Shown here piece after piece: positions 1 through 10,999 of a stretch of 64,000 nt of DNA. The stretch covers positions 256,001 through 320,000 of the forward strand of contig CAWHHI010000006.1 of the NCBI GenBank assembly GCA_963829055.1, written 5' to 3'. The position numbers were made by a program, and so were the translations under genes. The DNA is from an uncultured Gemmatimonadaceae bacterium. GTDB taxonomy: Bacteria; Gemmatimonadota; Gemmatimonadetes; Gemmatimonadales; Gemmatimonadaceae. The notes under the pieces were generated by a model. That model was not told where the DNA came from. It saw nothing but the letters and a program-made list of their open reading frames with translations, and searched no databases. How positions within the stretch are numbered: the stretch's first letter is position 1; the number at the start of each line of letters is the position of its first letter.

Positions 1-2498
1 GTGTCGGCCAGGGCGCGCAGCGCGATCGTGTCGCCGGTCGGCGCGTACGCATCCGCCGCGAGCGCGTGATGCCAGCAGAAGCCGCGCGCGGCCAAAGACG
101 GCACCGGCAACTGCAGCGTCTCGCCGGGCGGGTGGGCGGGCGCGTCGTATTTGCGCGCCGCAGCCGCGTAGTCGCCTAACGAACGGAGGTTGCTGGCGTG
201 CATCATGTCGGCCTGTCCGATCGCCGTCGGCGACACCGCGACCAGACGATCCAGTGCCAGGTTCGCCGCCCGGAAACGGCCGTGCTCGCGGTCGAGCAGC
301 GTGCGCAGGTCAGTGATCGCCTCGCGCCGGTCGGCCGTCGCACTCGCTTCCATCGCCGCGATCGCCGAGTCGGCGGCGTCGTATCGGCGCGCGATCATCA
401 GCATACGTGCGAGCTCGTCCACCGCCCACGCGTCGCCGCCGGACAACGACACCGCACGCTGCATGAGAGGCAGCGCCGAGTCGGGACGCTGTGTGAAGGA
501 GTACGTCCACGCGAGCGCGCTCCACGCCGCCGGCGCATCCGGCTGCGCGCGGATCCATCGTCGAGCCCAGTCCGCTGCTCCGCGATAATCGCCGCGCACC
601 GTGTGCAGGCTCACGACATTGAAGAATCCCGCGCACTGGGTGCACGGGCCGCTGCCTGCTTTTATCGCCAGCGAGTCGAGCTCCACGGCATGGATGGCGA
701 CGCGCAGGGCCTCGTCGACTTGGCCGTGTCCCGCGAGGATGCCTTCGAGCAGCTGATAGCCCCGCGGGTCACGCGGGTACCGGCGCACCAGCGCGCGGGC
801 CAGCGCCTCACTGCGCTCACGCTCTCCGGCGTAGTTCGCATCGAGTACGTCCTGATCCAACCGATCGAACTCGGTTGCACGATCGGCGTGCCGGCGCAGC
901 GTCTCACGCAAGCGGCGTGTGAGCGCAGTATCGTTGACGCCGACGGCCAGCCCGATTCGGTCCCGCAGCGCGGTGATGAATCCGGAGTCCAGCGCGACAG
1001 CGGCGTCGAGCTCGCTCAGTGCTTCTCTGACCCGACCTGCGCGGCCGGCTTCCTGCGCCTTCATATAGTGCTGATAGGCCTCGACGCTCGATGTCTCGAG
1101 CTCCGCGAGCTGCGCGCCCTGATCTGTCACGTTCGCGGCAGCAAGAATTCGCGCGGCGGCTTCATCGGCGAGAGCGAGTGCGTCCCGTCGCGTCAGCACG
1201 ACGCTCTTCACGAGCTTGCCGGATCTCACGTCGTGCAGCGTGAGGTCGAGCACGAGGTTGTTGCCATCACGGGCGATCGTGCCGCGCACCGCGAGCGTTG
1301 CACCGACGCGCCGCGCGAGATCACTCGCTGTTCCAGCGCCGAGTTGTTCGCCAGACGGACTGCCGCTGCGCACGAGGACAGCACGCACGCGAGCAGGTTG
1401 TACGACATCGACCGCGCTGACTTGAGCGAGCTTCCCGGAAATCATCTCGGGGAGCCCGTCGGCGAGCCATGCAATAGTGGAATCTCCGCCACGCCGCTCC
1501 ATCTCGAATATCGCGATGACCGGCTTGCGGCCGTTGGCGACGACGTCGCTTTCGTCGCCTCGCTCCGCGCGATTGGCGACGGTACGAAACGCGATGACTC
1601 CGATGACGGCGGCCGCGCCGAGCGCACCGAGCACGCGCCAGAGTGTGCGACGCGGGTGCGACGGAGATGGAGGGACCGGCGAAGGAGGAGGCGGTTCCGG
1701 CGCGACCGGCTCGGGTATTGGACTCTCGACGCTTTCGGTCAAGCCCACCGGCACGAGCGTGGCGAGCTGCTCGCGAATCCGCGTCTCCAGATCGCGCACC
1801 ACCGGCGAAGGGGCGACCTCGTAGTCGCGCGCGAGGCGGACGCGTAGCTGGTCGAATTCATCCAGCGCCTGAACCAGCGCTGCCCGCGTGCCCGGTGCCT
1901 TCGTCGCGTTGAGGATGTAGAGCGCGGCGTCTGGAGAGAGCGGGTCGGTTTCGATCCAGCGCGCGGCCAGCGCGTGGCACTCCGGCCAGCGACGGGCGCG
2001 AGCGAGCGACGCGCACTGCTGGTTGCACGCCTGCAGGAACACCGCCTCGAGGCGTCGGCGCTCGCGCGTCAGCCACTGGTCGAACGACGGACTGTCGTCG
2101 ACGTGCACGCCGTCGAGGAACGGGCCGCCATACAGCTCGACGATGCGCGCGAAGTCGCGGGCTTCCGCGGCATCCCCGATCTCGAGTGCATCGACGTCGA
2201 GCGGCGCGTCGGGCGCGAGGGCGACATCCGCGTCGCGCGTGGTGATGGACTGCTGGCCGAGCGCGCGCCGGAGCGACGAGAGCGCGTTGCTGAGCGAGTG
2301 GCGCGCACGTGCCTCCTCCTGCTCGCCCCAGAACAGCTCGATCAGCGTGTCGCGCGCGACGGGCCGCCTGGCCATGGCCAGGACCGCGAGGAGCGCGAGC
2401 TTGCGCCGCCGTTTCGCGAGCGACGCGTCCTCGTCACCGGCAGCTCCACGGAGGGTCGGCCGGCCTAGCGTGACGAGTCGGAAGCGATTGCCCCGCAA
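1..2498 (-). CDS. SARP/BTAD-domain transcriptional regulator with TM segment, TolB-N-like domain and TPRs (3' end outside window)
   Basis: Manual translation: FRLVTLGRPTL...KLALLAVLA...RDTLIELFWGEQEEARARHSLSNALSSLRR...LYGGPFLDG...FDQWL, then Pro-rich linker, hydrophobic segment, AWLADGLPEMI. Missing from the ORF track because there is no stop in the window. Confidence 0.85.
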   Translation of the reverse strand, partial: MRGNRFRLVTLGRPTLRGAAGDEDASLAKRRRKLALLAVLAMARRPVARDTLIELFWGEQEEARARHSLSNALSSLRRALGQQSITTRDADVALAPDAPLDVDALEIGDAAEARDFARIVELYGGPFLDGVHVDDSPSFDQWLTRERRRLEAVFLQACNQQCASLARARRWPECHALAARWIETDPLSPDAALYILNATKAPGTRAALVQALDEFDQLRVRLARDYEVAPSPVVRDLETRIREQLATLVPVGLTESVESPIPEPVAPEPPPPSPVPPSPSHPRRTLWRVLGALGAAAVIGVIAFRTVANRAERGDESDVVANGRKPVIAIFEMERRGGDSTIAWLADGLPEMISGKLAQVSAVDVVQPARVRAVLVRSGSPSGEQLGAGTASDLARRVGATLAVRGTIARDGNNLVLDLTLHDVRSGKLVKSVVLTRRDALALADEAAARILAAANVTDQGAQLAELETSSVEAYQHYMKAQEAGRAGRVREALSELDAAVALDSGFITALRDRIGLAVGVNDTALTRRLRETLRRHADRATEFDRLDQDVLDANYAGERERSEALARALVRRYPRDPRGYQLLEGILAGHGQVDEALRVAIHAVELDSLAIKAGSGPCTQCAGFFNVVSLHTVRGDYRGAADWARRWIRAQPDAPAAWSALAWTYSFTQRPDSALPLMQRAVSLSGGDAWAVDELARMLMIARRYDAADSAIAAMEASATADRREAITDLRTLLDREHGRFRAANLALDRLVAVSPTAIGQADMMHASNLRSLGDYAAAARKYDAPAHPPGETLQLPVPSLAARGFCWHHALAADAYAPTGDTIALRALAD

Positions 2499-2666
2499 CG
2501 TGTTGATGCGGTGAGGAGCGGTTGAGCGAGAACGATAACCTGGGGCCACGTGATCAACCAATTGCGCCTGACACGATGCCGCAGAGCCGACCGACGGTCA
2601 ACCAGCGCTCCGGAACTACGGCAGCCGAGGCGGGCGATTCAGACGGAGTTCAACGCAGGAGGAATG

Positions 2667-3389
2667 ATGGACGGCACGATGAAGGACACGACCACTCGGG
2701 CGGTGATGCTCGCAGCCGTCGTGTTGTGGTCATTCGCGACCGCGGCGCAGGCGCAGCCGCAGCGGTCGACAGGACGCCGCGCCGCGCTCGCGGCGGAGCA
2801 GAAGCGCATAAGTGATGACGCACGAATGCGCGGATTCTCTCTCGGAGCGTACACGGTCGCTGCTCCGGGGATCACGGTGAGCGGTAACGACTTCGACGGC
2901 TCGATCACGACGAGCCTCGGACCGGGCGTCGGTCTCATGGTCGGGTACGGCTTCAACCGGATCTGGAGCGCGTTCACGTCGCTGGATCTCGCGAAGCAGG
3001 GCACCTCCGCCGGCGACTACGACGGCAGCTTCGGGCTGGTGCACTTCGAGGTCGGAGCGAGGGCCAACCTGCCGTACGGCTCGCCGACGAACCTGCCGTA
3101 CGTCAGCGCCAGCTACGGGCGTCGCGCCATCGGCGCCCGCGTCACCGACGACGAGCACCCGACGCCCTACGACGCGTCGTTCTCCGGCGGGATGCTCGGC
3201 CTGGGTGGCGGAATTCAGCACGTCCTCTCGCCGTCGGTGACGCTGGATGGCGGCGTGGAGCTCGGCTTCGGGCGGTTCAGCCACTACGACTGGGACGGCG
3301 AGTCGGGGACCGCGGACATGAACGGCAACACGACCGTGCGCCTCAAGTTCGGCGTGATGTGGCGGCCAGCAACGCGACGCACGAGCTGA
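2667..3389 (+). CDS. outer-membrane beta-barrel protein
   Basis: Signal peptide ending AQA; alternating beta-strands (GLMVGYGF, FEVGARANL, LKFGVMWRP); GGAGGA upstream; exact start uncertain. Confidence 0.75.
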   Translation: MDGTMKDTTTRAVMLAAVVLWSFATAAQAQPQRSTGRRAALAAEQKRISDDARMRGFSLGAYTVAAPGITVSGNDFDGSITTSLGPGVGLMVGYGFNRIWSAFTSLDLAKQGTSAGDYDGSFGLVHFEVGARANLPYGSPTNLPYVSASYGRRAIGARVTDDEHPTPYDASFSGGMLGLGGGIQHVLSPSVTLDGGVELGFGRFSHYDWDGESGTADMNGNTTVRLKFGVMWRPATRRTS

Positions 3390-3428
3390 TGCCAGCCTAA
3401 CGACTTCCACCATACACGAGACACTACC

Positions 3429-4148
3429 ATGACCTACACGACATTTCGCGTGGCGGCGACCATCCTCGCCACGCTCACGACAGTCACCGTTCCCACCACG
3501 GCGCGCGCACAGAGCGCAACCGCCGGCGCCAAGCCGAGCAGCGCGGCCCTTCGGGCAAACGACACGCAACCGACCGGCAGCGACCGCATGCGCGGCTTCA
3601 TGCTCGGAGTGCATTCGATCGCCGCGCCCGGCCTGACGCTCACCGGCGGCGAGATCGACGGCTCGTTCATTACGCAGTTCGGGGCGGGCGCGGGCGTGAC
3701 CGTCGGTTACGGGATCACCCGACTGTTCAGCGCGTTCGCGTCGCTCGACGTCGCGAAGCAGAACACGGCGCCGGACGTCGAGCCGGCCGGCAGCTGGGGG
3801 CTGTCCCACTTCGAGGTCGGTGGACGGGCCAACATCCCGTTAGGCGCGTCGTCCACGGTGCCGTACATCAGCGCGAGCGTAGGCCGGCGGGCGATGGCGG
3901 CGCGATCGACGAACGCCGACGGCGAGCAGTTCGACACGTCGATCAGCGGCCCGATGATCGGAGTGGGAGGCGGTGTCGAGCACTTCTTCTCCCGGTCGAT
4001 GGCCCTCGACGCAGGCATCGGTCTCGGCTACGGGAAGTTCAACCACTTCAAGGCCGGCGAGGAAGAGTACGACCCCAAGGCGAACCCCACCACCAGCATC
4101 CGCATGCGGCTCGGCGTGAACTGGCGGCCGGGTGGCCGGCGCTCGTGA
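3429..4148 (+). CDS. outer-membrane beta-barrel protein, tandem paralogue of the previous gene
   Basis: Shared blocks MRGFxLG, VGYG, SLDxAKQ, HFEVGxRAN, PYxSAS, GVxWRP. Confidence 0.75.
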   Translation: MTYTTFRVAATILATLTTVTVPTTARAQSATAGAKPSSAALRANDTQPTGSDRMRGFMLGVHSIAAPGLTLTGGEIDGSFITQFGAGAGVTVGYGITRLFSAFASLDVAKQNTAPDVEPAGSWGLSHFEVGGRANIPLGASSTVPYISASVGRRAMAARSTNADGEQFDTSISGPMIGVGGGVEHFFSRSMALDAGIGLGYGKFNHFKAGEEEYDPKANPTTSIRMRLGVNWRPGGRRS

Positions 4149-4213
4149 CGGCACGACAGGCCCTCTCTCGATCAACCAATACTCAACCAACACTCTGCAT
4201 AACGAGGCATCCC

Positions 4214-4756
4214 ATGCATACGACCATCGCCGGTTTCCGATCCCGGCATACCGCAGACATCACGCGGCTTGCAGCCGCACTGCTCCTCTGCACCACGCTC
4301 GCCAGCGCCACCGCGTGTGGCGGCGGCGACTCGAGCACCGGTCCGAGCACTGGTCCGAGCACCAGCACTCAGGTCGGGCTCTACGCACTGATGCAGGTCA
4401 ACACGAAGGCGATTCCCACCGAGATCAAGCACGGCCCCTTCTTCGACGCCTCGGTGTTGCCGCCGCGCTTCTACAACCTGCTCATCGTGAAGGTCACCGG
4501 CGGCGAGCTCGTTCTGCAGGACGGCGGCCGCTTTCACTTCGCCCTGGACTACTATGCGAACGCTGATGGACAGGAGGGCACCGTGACCAGGACGGTCGAC
4601 GGGACGTGGGAAGTGGATGGCGACGAGATCACCCTGACGCCGAACGGCGACAACGGGTACACGACGGCGACGATGGAGAAGGGACGCATCAGTATGGACC
4701 TCGATCTGATCGGCGAGGGGAAGTTCGTGCCCTACACGTTCCAGTACCGAAAATGA
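4214..4756 (+). CDS. putative lipoprotein (beta-rich)
   Basis: Lipobox-like ATAC-GGG, STGP repeat linker, GAGG RBS at about 4204. Confidence 0.65.
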   Translation: MHTTIAGFRSRHTADITRLAAALLLCTTLASATACGGGDSSTGPSTGPSTSTQVGLYALMQVNTKAIPTEIKHGPFFDASVLPPRFYNLLIVKVTGGELVLQDGGRFHFALDYYANADGQEGTVTRTVDGTWEVDGDEITLTPNGDNGYTTATMEKGRISMDLDLIGEGKFVPYTFQYRK

Positions 4757-5652
4757 GCGCGCGCACACTCTCACCGGTGCCTCACATGATCAACTTCACG
4801 AAAGGCCGGCCCGCGATGCGCATCGGCGCGCTCGGTCGCACGCTCGGGCTGGCGCTCGCCAGCCTCGGGCTGGCGCTGAACACGTCCCGCGCCCAGAGTG
4901 CCGACGAGCAGTCGGCGTACGTGGCGCTCATTTACACGCCGGTCGCGGGGCTTGCGCCACTCCCGCCGGTTGCGGACTCGTTAGGTCGGAAAGGCGCGTC
5001 CGGAGTCAGTCTGCTGGGTCGGCTCGGCCACATGTCACGCAATGGCGGGTTGTCGCTCAACGCGTTCGGCGTCGGCGTCGAGGTTCCGAGAGGCCGAATG
5101 CGACTGGGCGCGACGCTCGCGTACATGTCCGCGAGCTGTGGCGCGGCGTGGGCCGGAGACAGCGATTGCGCGGGCGACATCATGCTTGGTGGCAGCGTGC
5201 GAACGTTGCTCACCAGCCGGGTGGTCGGCCAAGAGGATCCATCTCCGCCGGTGAAGGGGAGACGGGCTCCCGCCCGCGCGTCGAACGAGCCTCGGCTGCT
5301 CGTCGGATTCGATGGGTCCATCGGGTATTCACCGCGCCAGGGCGAAACAGCCATGGCCATCGGCGCCGGGATCCCGACGGCGCTCGCTCTGCAGAGCGGC
5401 ACGGTGCGCATCACACCGTTCATCACGCCGGGGATCGGCTATGGCAGGTTGAGCAACGTCGCGTACTTCGAGGACGAAACGGCGACGTCTCATGGCACGT
5501 TCGCGCTCATGGTCGGTGGCGGACTCGGACTCGAGTTCGGCACGTCGGGTATCGGGGCGAACGTCGGATTTCAGCGAGTACTCAAGGGGCAAGGTGGTAC
5601 CACGCAGCTCGGCATCGGCATGTCGTGGCAGGGCCTGACGTCACCTCGCTGA
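4753..5652 (+). CDS. secreted or outer-membrane hypothetical protein
   Basis: ATGA overlap with previous stop; signal peptide ending SRAQ; glycine/aromatic beta-strands. Confidence 0.6.
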   Translation: MSARTLSPVPHMINFTKGRPAMRIGALGRTLGLALASLGLALNTSRAQSADEQSAYVALIYTPVAGLAPLPPVADSLGRKGASGVSLLGRLGHMSRNGGLSLNAFGVGVEVPRGRMRLGATLAYMSASCGAAWAGDSDCAGDIMLGGSVRTLLTSRVVGQEDPSPPVKGRRAPARASNEPRLLVGFDGSIGYSPRQGETAMAIGAGIPTALALQSGTVRITPFITPGIGYGRLSNVAYFEDETATSHGTFALMVGGGLGLEFGTSGIGANVGFQRVLKGQGGTTQLGIGMSWQGLTSPR

Positions 5653-6083
5653 GCGCCGCGTGCCGACGCCGCGCCGGATCGGTTCTCGTTGCCATCGCGC
5701 TCGCTGGCTGTGGCACCGACCGATCCGTGCCGGCGTCGGCGCCCGGCGCCGAAGCGCCGCCCGACGTCACGGCATCGCTCAGCGATATCGTGGCGTCGAG
5801 CGCGCTGGTGGGACGTCGGGTGCGACTGATCGGGCGATGCCTAACGCAACACGGTTCGTTCGAGCTCGGGCGGCCAGGCGGCGTAGGTATCGTGTGGCAG
5901 CTCGCCGCCGATGGCGTGATGGTGTTCGTCGCAGGTCCACCGCCGCCCGGATGTGCGTCCAGACACACGCCGGTGACCGTGATGATCACCGCGCTCGTGG
6001 TGGAGGATACGCTCCCCGCTATCGGCGACCTTCCAGCGGCACCGCGCCGGTACCTCGTCCGGGTCGAACCGGAGCGTCGCTGA
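5649..6083 (+). CDS. putative lipoprotein
   Basis: VLVAIALAGC lipobox; start codon uncertain. Confidence 0.5.
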   Translation: MSAACRRRAGSVLVAIALAGCGTDRSVPASAPGAEAPPDVTASLSDIVASSALVGRRVRLIGRCLTQHGSFELGRPGGVGIVWQLAADGVMVFVAGPPPPGCASRHTPVTVMITALVVEDTLPAIGDLPAAPRRYLVRVEPERR

Positions 6084-6142
6084 TCCCTGGCGCGCCAACT
6101 TCGTCGCGGGCGCCCCAGGGAGTGGAGGGGATGCAGGTCGGG

Positions 6143-7503
6143 CTATTTCACGGCGAACGCCTTGAGCGTGGACGTCACTGTCGCCGGCAGGAATCCGAAG
6201 GCGCCGCCCGCCTTTACGGTACCCGTCGCTGCGCCGCTCTCGAATTTGCCCGTCGACGGCGTGAGCGTAACGCTCCATGAAGCCGTCCCGACGCAACTCG
6301 ACACCGGTCGCGCCGGCACCCTGAACGATCGTGCCGAACTTGCCGTTGACCTTCTGCGTCTGGCTGAGCGCGACGTCGATCGCGACGACTCCCCGATCAG
6401 AGCACGTTGACCGTGCCCGTGACGGTGGCGACGCCCGTCTTTGCGTTCACGGCGACGTTAGGCGCGATCGTGAGTGTCACGCTCGCGAGCCGGTCCAGCT
6501 CGAACGCGCCGATGTCGCAGGTGACGCCCTGCGGGCGCGCCACATAACGCTGATCGGTGTCCTCGCTGCACGCGGTGCCGCCGTCGATCGCCGGACTGCC
6601 GACGCTGAGCGCGAGCGTCTTCGTCGGGCCGCCGTTGCTCGCGATCGGGCGGAGCTTCGGGTTCGCGATCACCATGGCCGCGCCGGTCCCGCACGTGTCG
6701 TCATTCGACAGATTGGTCCCCAGCAGGGTCAGGATGTGCCCATTGAGCGCGCAATTGGGCGTGACCGCAATCGTTGGGTCGTTGTCGACGTTGTCGGCGA
6801 TGATGGAGTTGCGAATGCTCACGTCGCCCGCCACGATGAACAGGCCACCGCCTTCACCGGCCGTGTTGTTCGCGATGGTGGTATTACGGATGATGACGGT
6901 GCGTTGGGACGCGATGCCGCCGCCACGCCTGGCGACATTCCCGGTGATCGTGCTGTTCAGGACCGTCGTCAGGGTTGCTGCGCCGATCGCCTCCAGTCCG
7001 CCACCGTCGCCGGTGGTTTCGTTATTCGCCAGCAGCACGTGGTCCAGGGTCAACGTCCCCTCGTTCAGCACGCCGGCGCCATTGACGAATCGGCCATCGA
7101 CGATCGACAGATTGCGCAGTACGACACTGACACCCGGATCGACACGGAACACGCGGGAGCTCAGATTGCCGCTGATCGTCATCCCCACCTGGAGCGGGCC
7201 TTCGATGGTGACGGACTTCGTGATCGCCATGAACGGCGGATTGACGAGAATCGTCCGGCCGGCGATCGCGGCGTCGAACCGGATCGTGGCGCCGTCTGTC
7301 GCGTCGATGATCGCCTGACGCAGCGACCCGGGACCCGTGTCCTCCGTGTTGGTGACGCTGATGACCGGCGAGAGCAGGTCCTGCGTCGGAGCGGTAGCAC
7401 GTGGAACGATGGCTGTGGGAGCATTGCTGCACCCGACCGAGAGCGCGATGGGGAGCAGCAGCAACCCATGCCTGAATACGCGTACGGGAGATCTAGAGAA
7501 CAC
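6143..7503 (-). CDS. lipoprotein with beta-helix / choice-of-anchor-Q-like domain (two frameshifts near 6405 and 6300)
   Basis: LSVGC lipobox; DTGPGSLRQAI; NSTITGN/NTTIANN repeats; SPAIDGG...DQR...CDIGAFE; reading continues in other frames to ...TLKAFAVK* at 6143. Confidence 0.75.
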
Positions 7504-7550
7504 TGGTGCGGCCTCGAATGATATGGTTGGAGTAGTGCACGCCTAACGCC

Positions 7551-8437
7551 TCAACACCCGATCAACGCGCGAATCCCGGTCGCTGATGCCGTGAGCGCGG
7601 CGGCCTGGGCGGGCGTGAGCTTCTTGCTCGCCTTCCCGTTCACGAGGACGATGAAGTCCTGCATCGCGACGCACGCGCCGGTGACGTCGCCAGTTCCGAG
7701 ATCGGCAAGCGCCAACTGAAGCCGGGACTGAAGGCTCTTGTCCGTTGCGCGATCCAGCCGAAAGCTTGTCACGGTGGCCTCGAGCGCCGTGATGCGACTC
7801 TCCGGCGTGTCGGCGGTGCCGATCAGTGCGAACAGGTTGTCGGCGGGACTGGAACATTCGCGGTCGGGAAGCCCGCGGTCCACGTGACGCCGTCGTTCGT
7901 CGAGAACGCTTGCTGTCCCACGACGGGGCCGAGCCCGCATGCGATCAGGGGTATCGAGCACTGGCTCTCGAGCCAGTAGGTCCCCGCGCCTAACGTGATG
8001 GGCTGCGTGAGGTCGAAGCGGAAATCCTCCTGGCCCGACTGATCGGCTGCTGTCCTGCTCACCGAGGTCAGCGTGAAACGCTGAATAACCGCGCCCGGCT
8101 GTCCCACGCCGTTCGCGCGAAACGCGAAGTTGATCGTCGGGTCGGTAGAGATCGCGGCTACCTTGACGCCGCGAATGACGATGGTCGACACGGTCCACAC
8201 CGTGCGCGTCGGGACGACGAAATCGTTCGCCGGCGTGATCACGATCGCGCCAGGTATTCCTGTCAGCGCGCCGTTCACGGGCGCCAACTCGCTCCAGAGC
8301 GGTTGGATGGCCGCGGCCGTGATCTCGGCTTTCCCGAAGCGGTCAGGTGACCGTGCAGGCGGCGCCGCGACGACGGAATCCGATTGGCAGCCGGCAAGGA
8401 GCGTCGCAGTCACTGCGATCAATACGGTATTTCGCAA
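7551..8437 (-). CDS. lipoprotein with C-terminal FIMAH-like helical domain (frameshift near 7855)
   Basis: LLAGC lipobox in ORF 7823..8536; C-terminus SLQSRLQLA...ACVAMQDFIVLVNGKASKKLTPAQAAAL...IRALIGC in ORF 7551..8198. Confidence 0.65.
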
Positions 8438-8554
8438 AGGACCTCTGAGGTGAAGGACTGAGCCACAGAGGTCAAACGAGGAAACACGGAATTCCCGGCC
8501 ATCTCGTCCCGGCCGAGACGGACTCCCGGGTATCACTCAGGTGCCAGGCTGCAT

Positions 8555-8572
8555 ATTGCCAGATCTGGCAAT
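8555..8572. repeat. palindrome ATTGCCAGATCTGGCAAT (family B)
   Basis: Perfect 18-bp palindrome in an intergenic gap. Confidence 0.8.
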
Positions 8573-8621
8573 AGGATCGTCGAGGGCACCCTCGCAGCTG
8601 TTAGCTGCATTCGACGCCTGA

Positions 8622-9600
8622 CTAACGCGGGTCGCCGACGCCGGGATGATAGAGCGAGCGAACTCGCTGCGCGCGAAACACGTAGCCGGGATTCCCCGCC
8701 AAGCGCCACACCACGGTGCCGGCCGCGTCGTACTCCTCCACACCACCGGCGCTTCCGAACGACACGAGCGTGTGGCCGTTAGGCAGCGCCTGCGTGCTGC
8801 CGCCCACCTGCGCCACGAAGCCGGCCGCCGAACCATACGACTCACGCAATCGCACCACGCGGCGCACGGCGTCTATCTCGTAACGCTCGGCCCGGCTTCC
8901 TCGCGGCTCGCCGAGGTTGTCGAGCAGAAGGAGCTGTCCGGCGCCGACGGCTCTCACGCCGTGCTGATGGACGAAGGGCGAGCCATCGACGTTCTCGAAT
9001 GCGAACGCGTTATGCGCGCCGCCCAGGCGCCACATGACGCCACCGATACGCGTGTCGATCTTCGTCACCTCACTCAGGTTTCGAAACGACACGAGCAGAT
9101 TTCCATCGCCGTCCAGATCGAGCGCGTTGCCGTGCGTCCAGTTCGACCACGGCGGCGTCGCGGTCGACTGGATCGAGCACGCGCAGCTCGATCTCGATGA
9201 TGGTCGAAACGCGGACCAGTCGAACAGGACGTCGCCAGTCACGCTTCTATGCTGGACGCTTGTGCCGAGTACGCGCGCGTCCTTCGACTTGCCCTGAGCC
9301 GAGAGGTCGACGGTGCGAACGTCATCGCAGAGGATCCAGTATGAGCCGTCGGGCTCCGCGATCAGGTCGTGCATGCGCGGCTGCAGCCCGCTCGCGCAGC
9401 CGAACGTTCGCGTGATGGCGCCGTCCGGCGCGAGCTCGACCCAGGCGGCAACGTCACCCCCTGAGGATGGCGGGCGCGCTGCGTACCGCCCGTTAGGCTG
9501 CGCCTGGAAGTCGAGCCCCGGCCCGTTCGGAAATCTGTAGTACCAGACGACTCGGCCCGCGTCATCGATGGCCAGGCCGTAGGCGCCGGCAGCGAAGACG
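8622..9600 (-). pseudogene. arylsulfotransferase (ASST)-family gene, 5'-truncated
   Basis: HDL, WTHGNALD...LLVSFRNLS, HQHG, LLLDN, STQALPNGHTLV, FRA motifs. Frame extends to VFAAG...GRVVWYY near 9600, then meets an in-frame TAG with no start or signal peptide. Confidence 0.65.
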
Positions 9601-9713
9601 GTCCTCGCGCGCTATGGCAGTCCCGCGCGATATGCCACCACGCGGCCGCGGTCAACGTGGCGGACGCGAGATCCCGGGTGCATACTCGCCCGACACCCCG
9701 CCGAGGCCGCGCC

Positions 9714-10599
9714 ATGGAGTTCTTCCTCATCCCACTCGTCCTGGCAGCCGGTTACGTGCTCTCGAGCCTTCGCGTGCTCAAGCAGTACGAACGCGGCGTC
9801 GTTTTCTTCCTCGGCAAGTACACGAGCACGAAAGGGCCGGGGCTGGTGTTCATTCCAACCGTGCTCTCGCGGATGAAACGGGTATCGATGCGCGTCGTCG
9901 CGGTCGACATCCCGCCACAGGAGGTAATCACGCGTGACAACATTCTCCGTCACCGTGAACGCGGTGCTCTACTTTCGAGTGTCCGACCCGGCGCTCGCGA
10001 TCATGGAGATTCAGGACTACCTGTACGCCACCGGCCAGCTCGCCCAGACGACGTTACTCTCGGTCCTCGGCCAGGTGGAGCTCGACGAGCTCCTCGCCGA
10101 CCGCCGGAAGGTCAACGAGCTGTTGCGACAGATCATCGACGAGCGGACGGACTTCTGGGGCGTCGAGATCTCCGCGGTGGAGGTGAAGGACGTCCAGCTC
10201 CCGGAAACCATGCGACGCGCCATCGCACGACAGGCCGAGGCTGAGCGCGAGCGGCGAGCGAAAGTCATCAGCGCGCAGGGTGAGCTGCAGGCGTCGGAAA
10301 CGCTCGCCGAGGCGGCGCGCATCATGTCGACCCAGCCGGCGTCGCTTCAACTCCGCTACCTGCAGACGGTCACCGAGATCGCAGCCGAGAACAACTCGAC
10401 GACGATCTTTCCGATCCCGATCGACATGCTGACGTCGTTCTTCCGCCGCGCGAGCGAACCTCAATCCGCGCCGGAGGCCGTTCCGGCGACCACCACGCCA
10501 GCGAGCCTTCCGGCGCCTAACGCCGCTGACGCGGTGTCCCGGACGCCTGACGAGCCGGCGCGCGTGCGCGCCGGGGACGTGACGCTGGCGGACAAGTAA
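9714..10599 (+). CDS. SPFH/band 7 (slipin, stomatin-like) protein (frameshift near 9945)
   Basis: [55 protein letters not shown]. Confidence 0.9.
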
Positions 10600-10666
10600 C
10601 GCGAACCAGGAGACTCCTCGCGAGCTATCGTCGAATCCACCCCGGCAGCGTGAGGAAGATCGCGAC

Positions 10667-10698
10667 GCGTGCTATAGCCAGATCTGGCTATAGCACGC
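10667..10698. repeat. 32-bp perfect palindrome GCGTGCTATAGCCAGATCTGGCTATAGCACGC (family B)
   Basis: Read directly from sequence. Confidence 0.85.
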
Positions 10699-10999
10699 AC
10701 CAGGGGGCTACTGCTTCGGTGGCGTGATCGTGTAGCTCTGCGACACGCCGTGGGTGGAAGGTCTGCAACCCTCGGGGGACAAACGCGAGCCCGCGTCGAC
10801 TCGGCGAACTAGAAAGAGAAGCTATGGGACCTGCTGCCCTTTCCAGACACGTGAATCCGAGGTAGCGTAGAGGCGCAATCGTCCCAGGCTCCGTCACCCA
10901 CTCCGGCGGTAGAACCCGCCCGCTGACGCTGCGTCGCCGCTGACGGCCGCGCGCGAGCTCAGTCCCGAGGTGACCGCGAGCATCGGAAGGAGGTGGACG

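Noticed and set aside
198..1847. 549-aa plus-strand ORF
   Set aside because: Antisense shadow of the BTAD/TPR gene; Arg-rich with no motifs.
4333..4368. 12-bp tandem repeat in a lipoprotein gene
   Set aside because: Encodes an ordinary STGP linker after the lipobox.
10850..10890. c-di-AMP (ydaO) riboswitch suggested by GAATCCGAGGTA
   Set aside because: The other conserved blocks of that family are not recognisable; kept only as an unassigned structured-RNA candidate.
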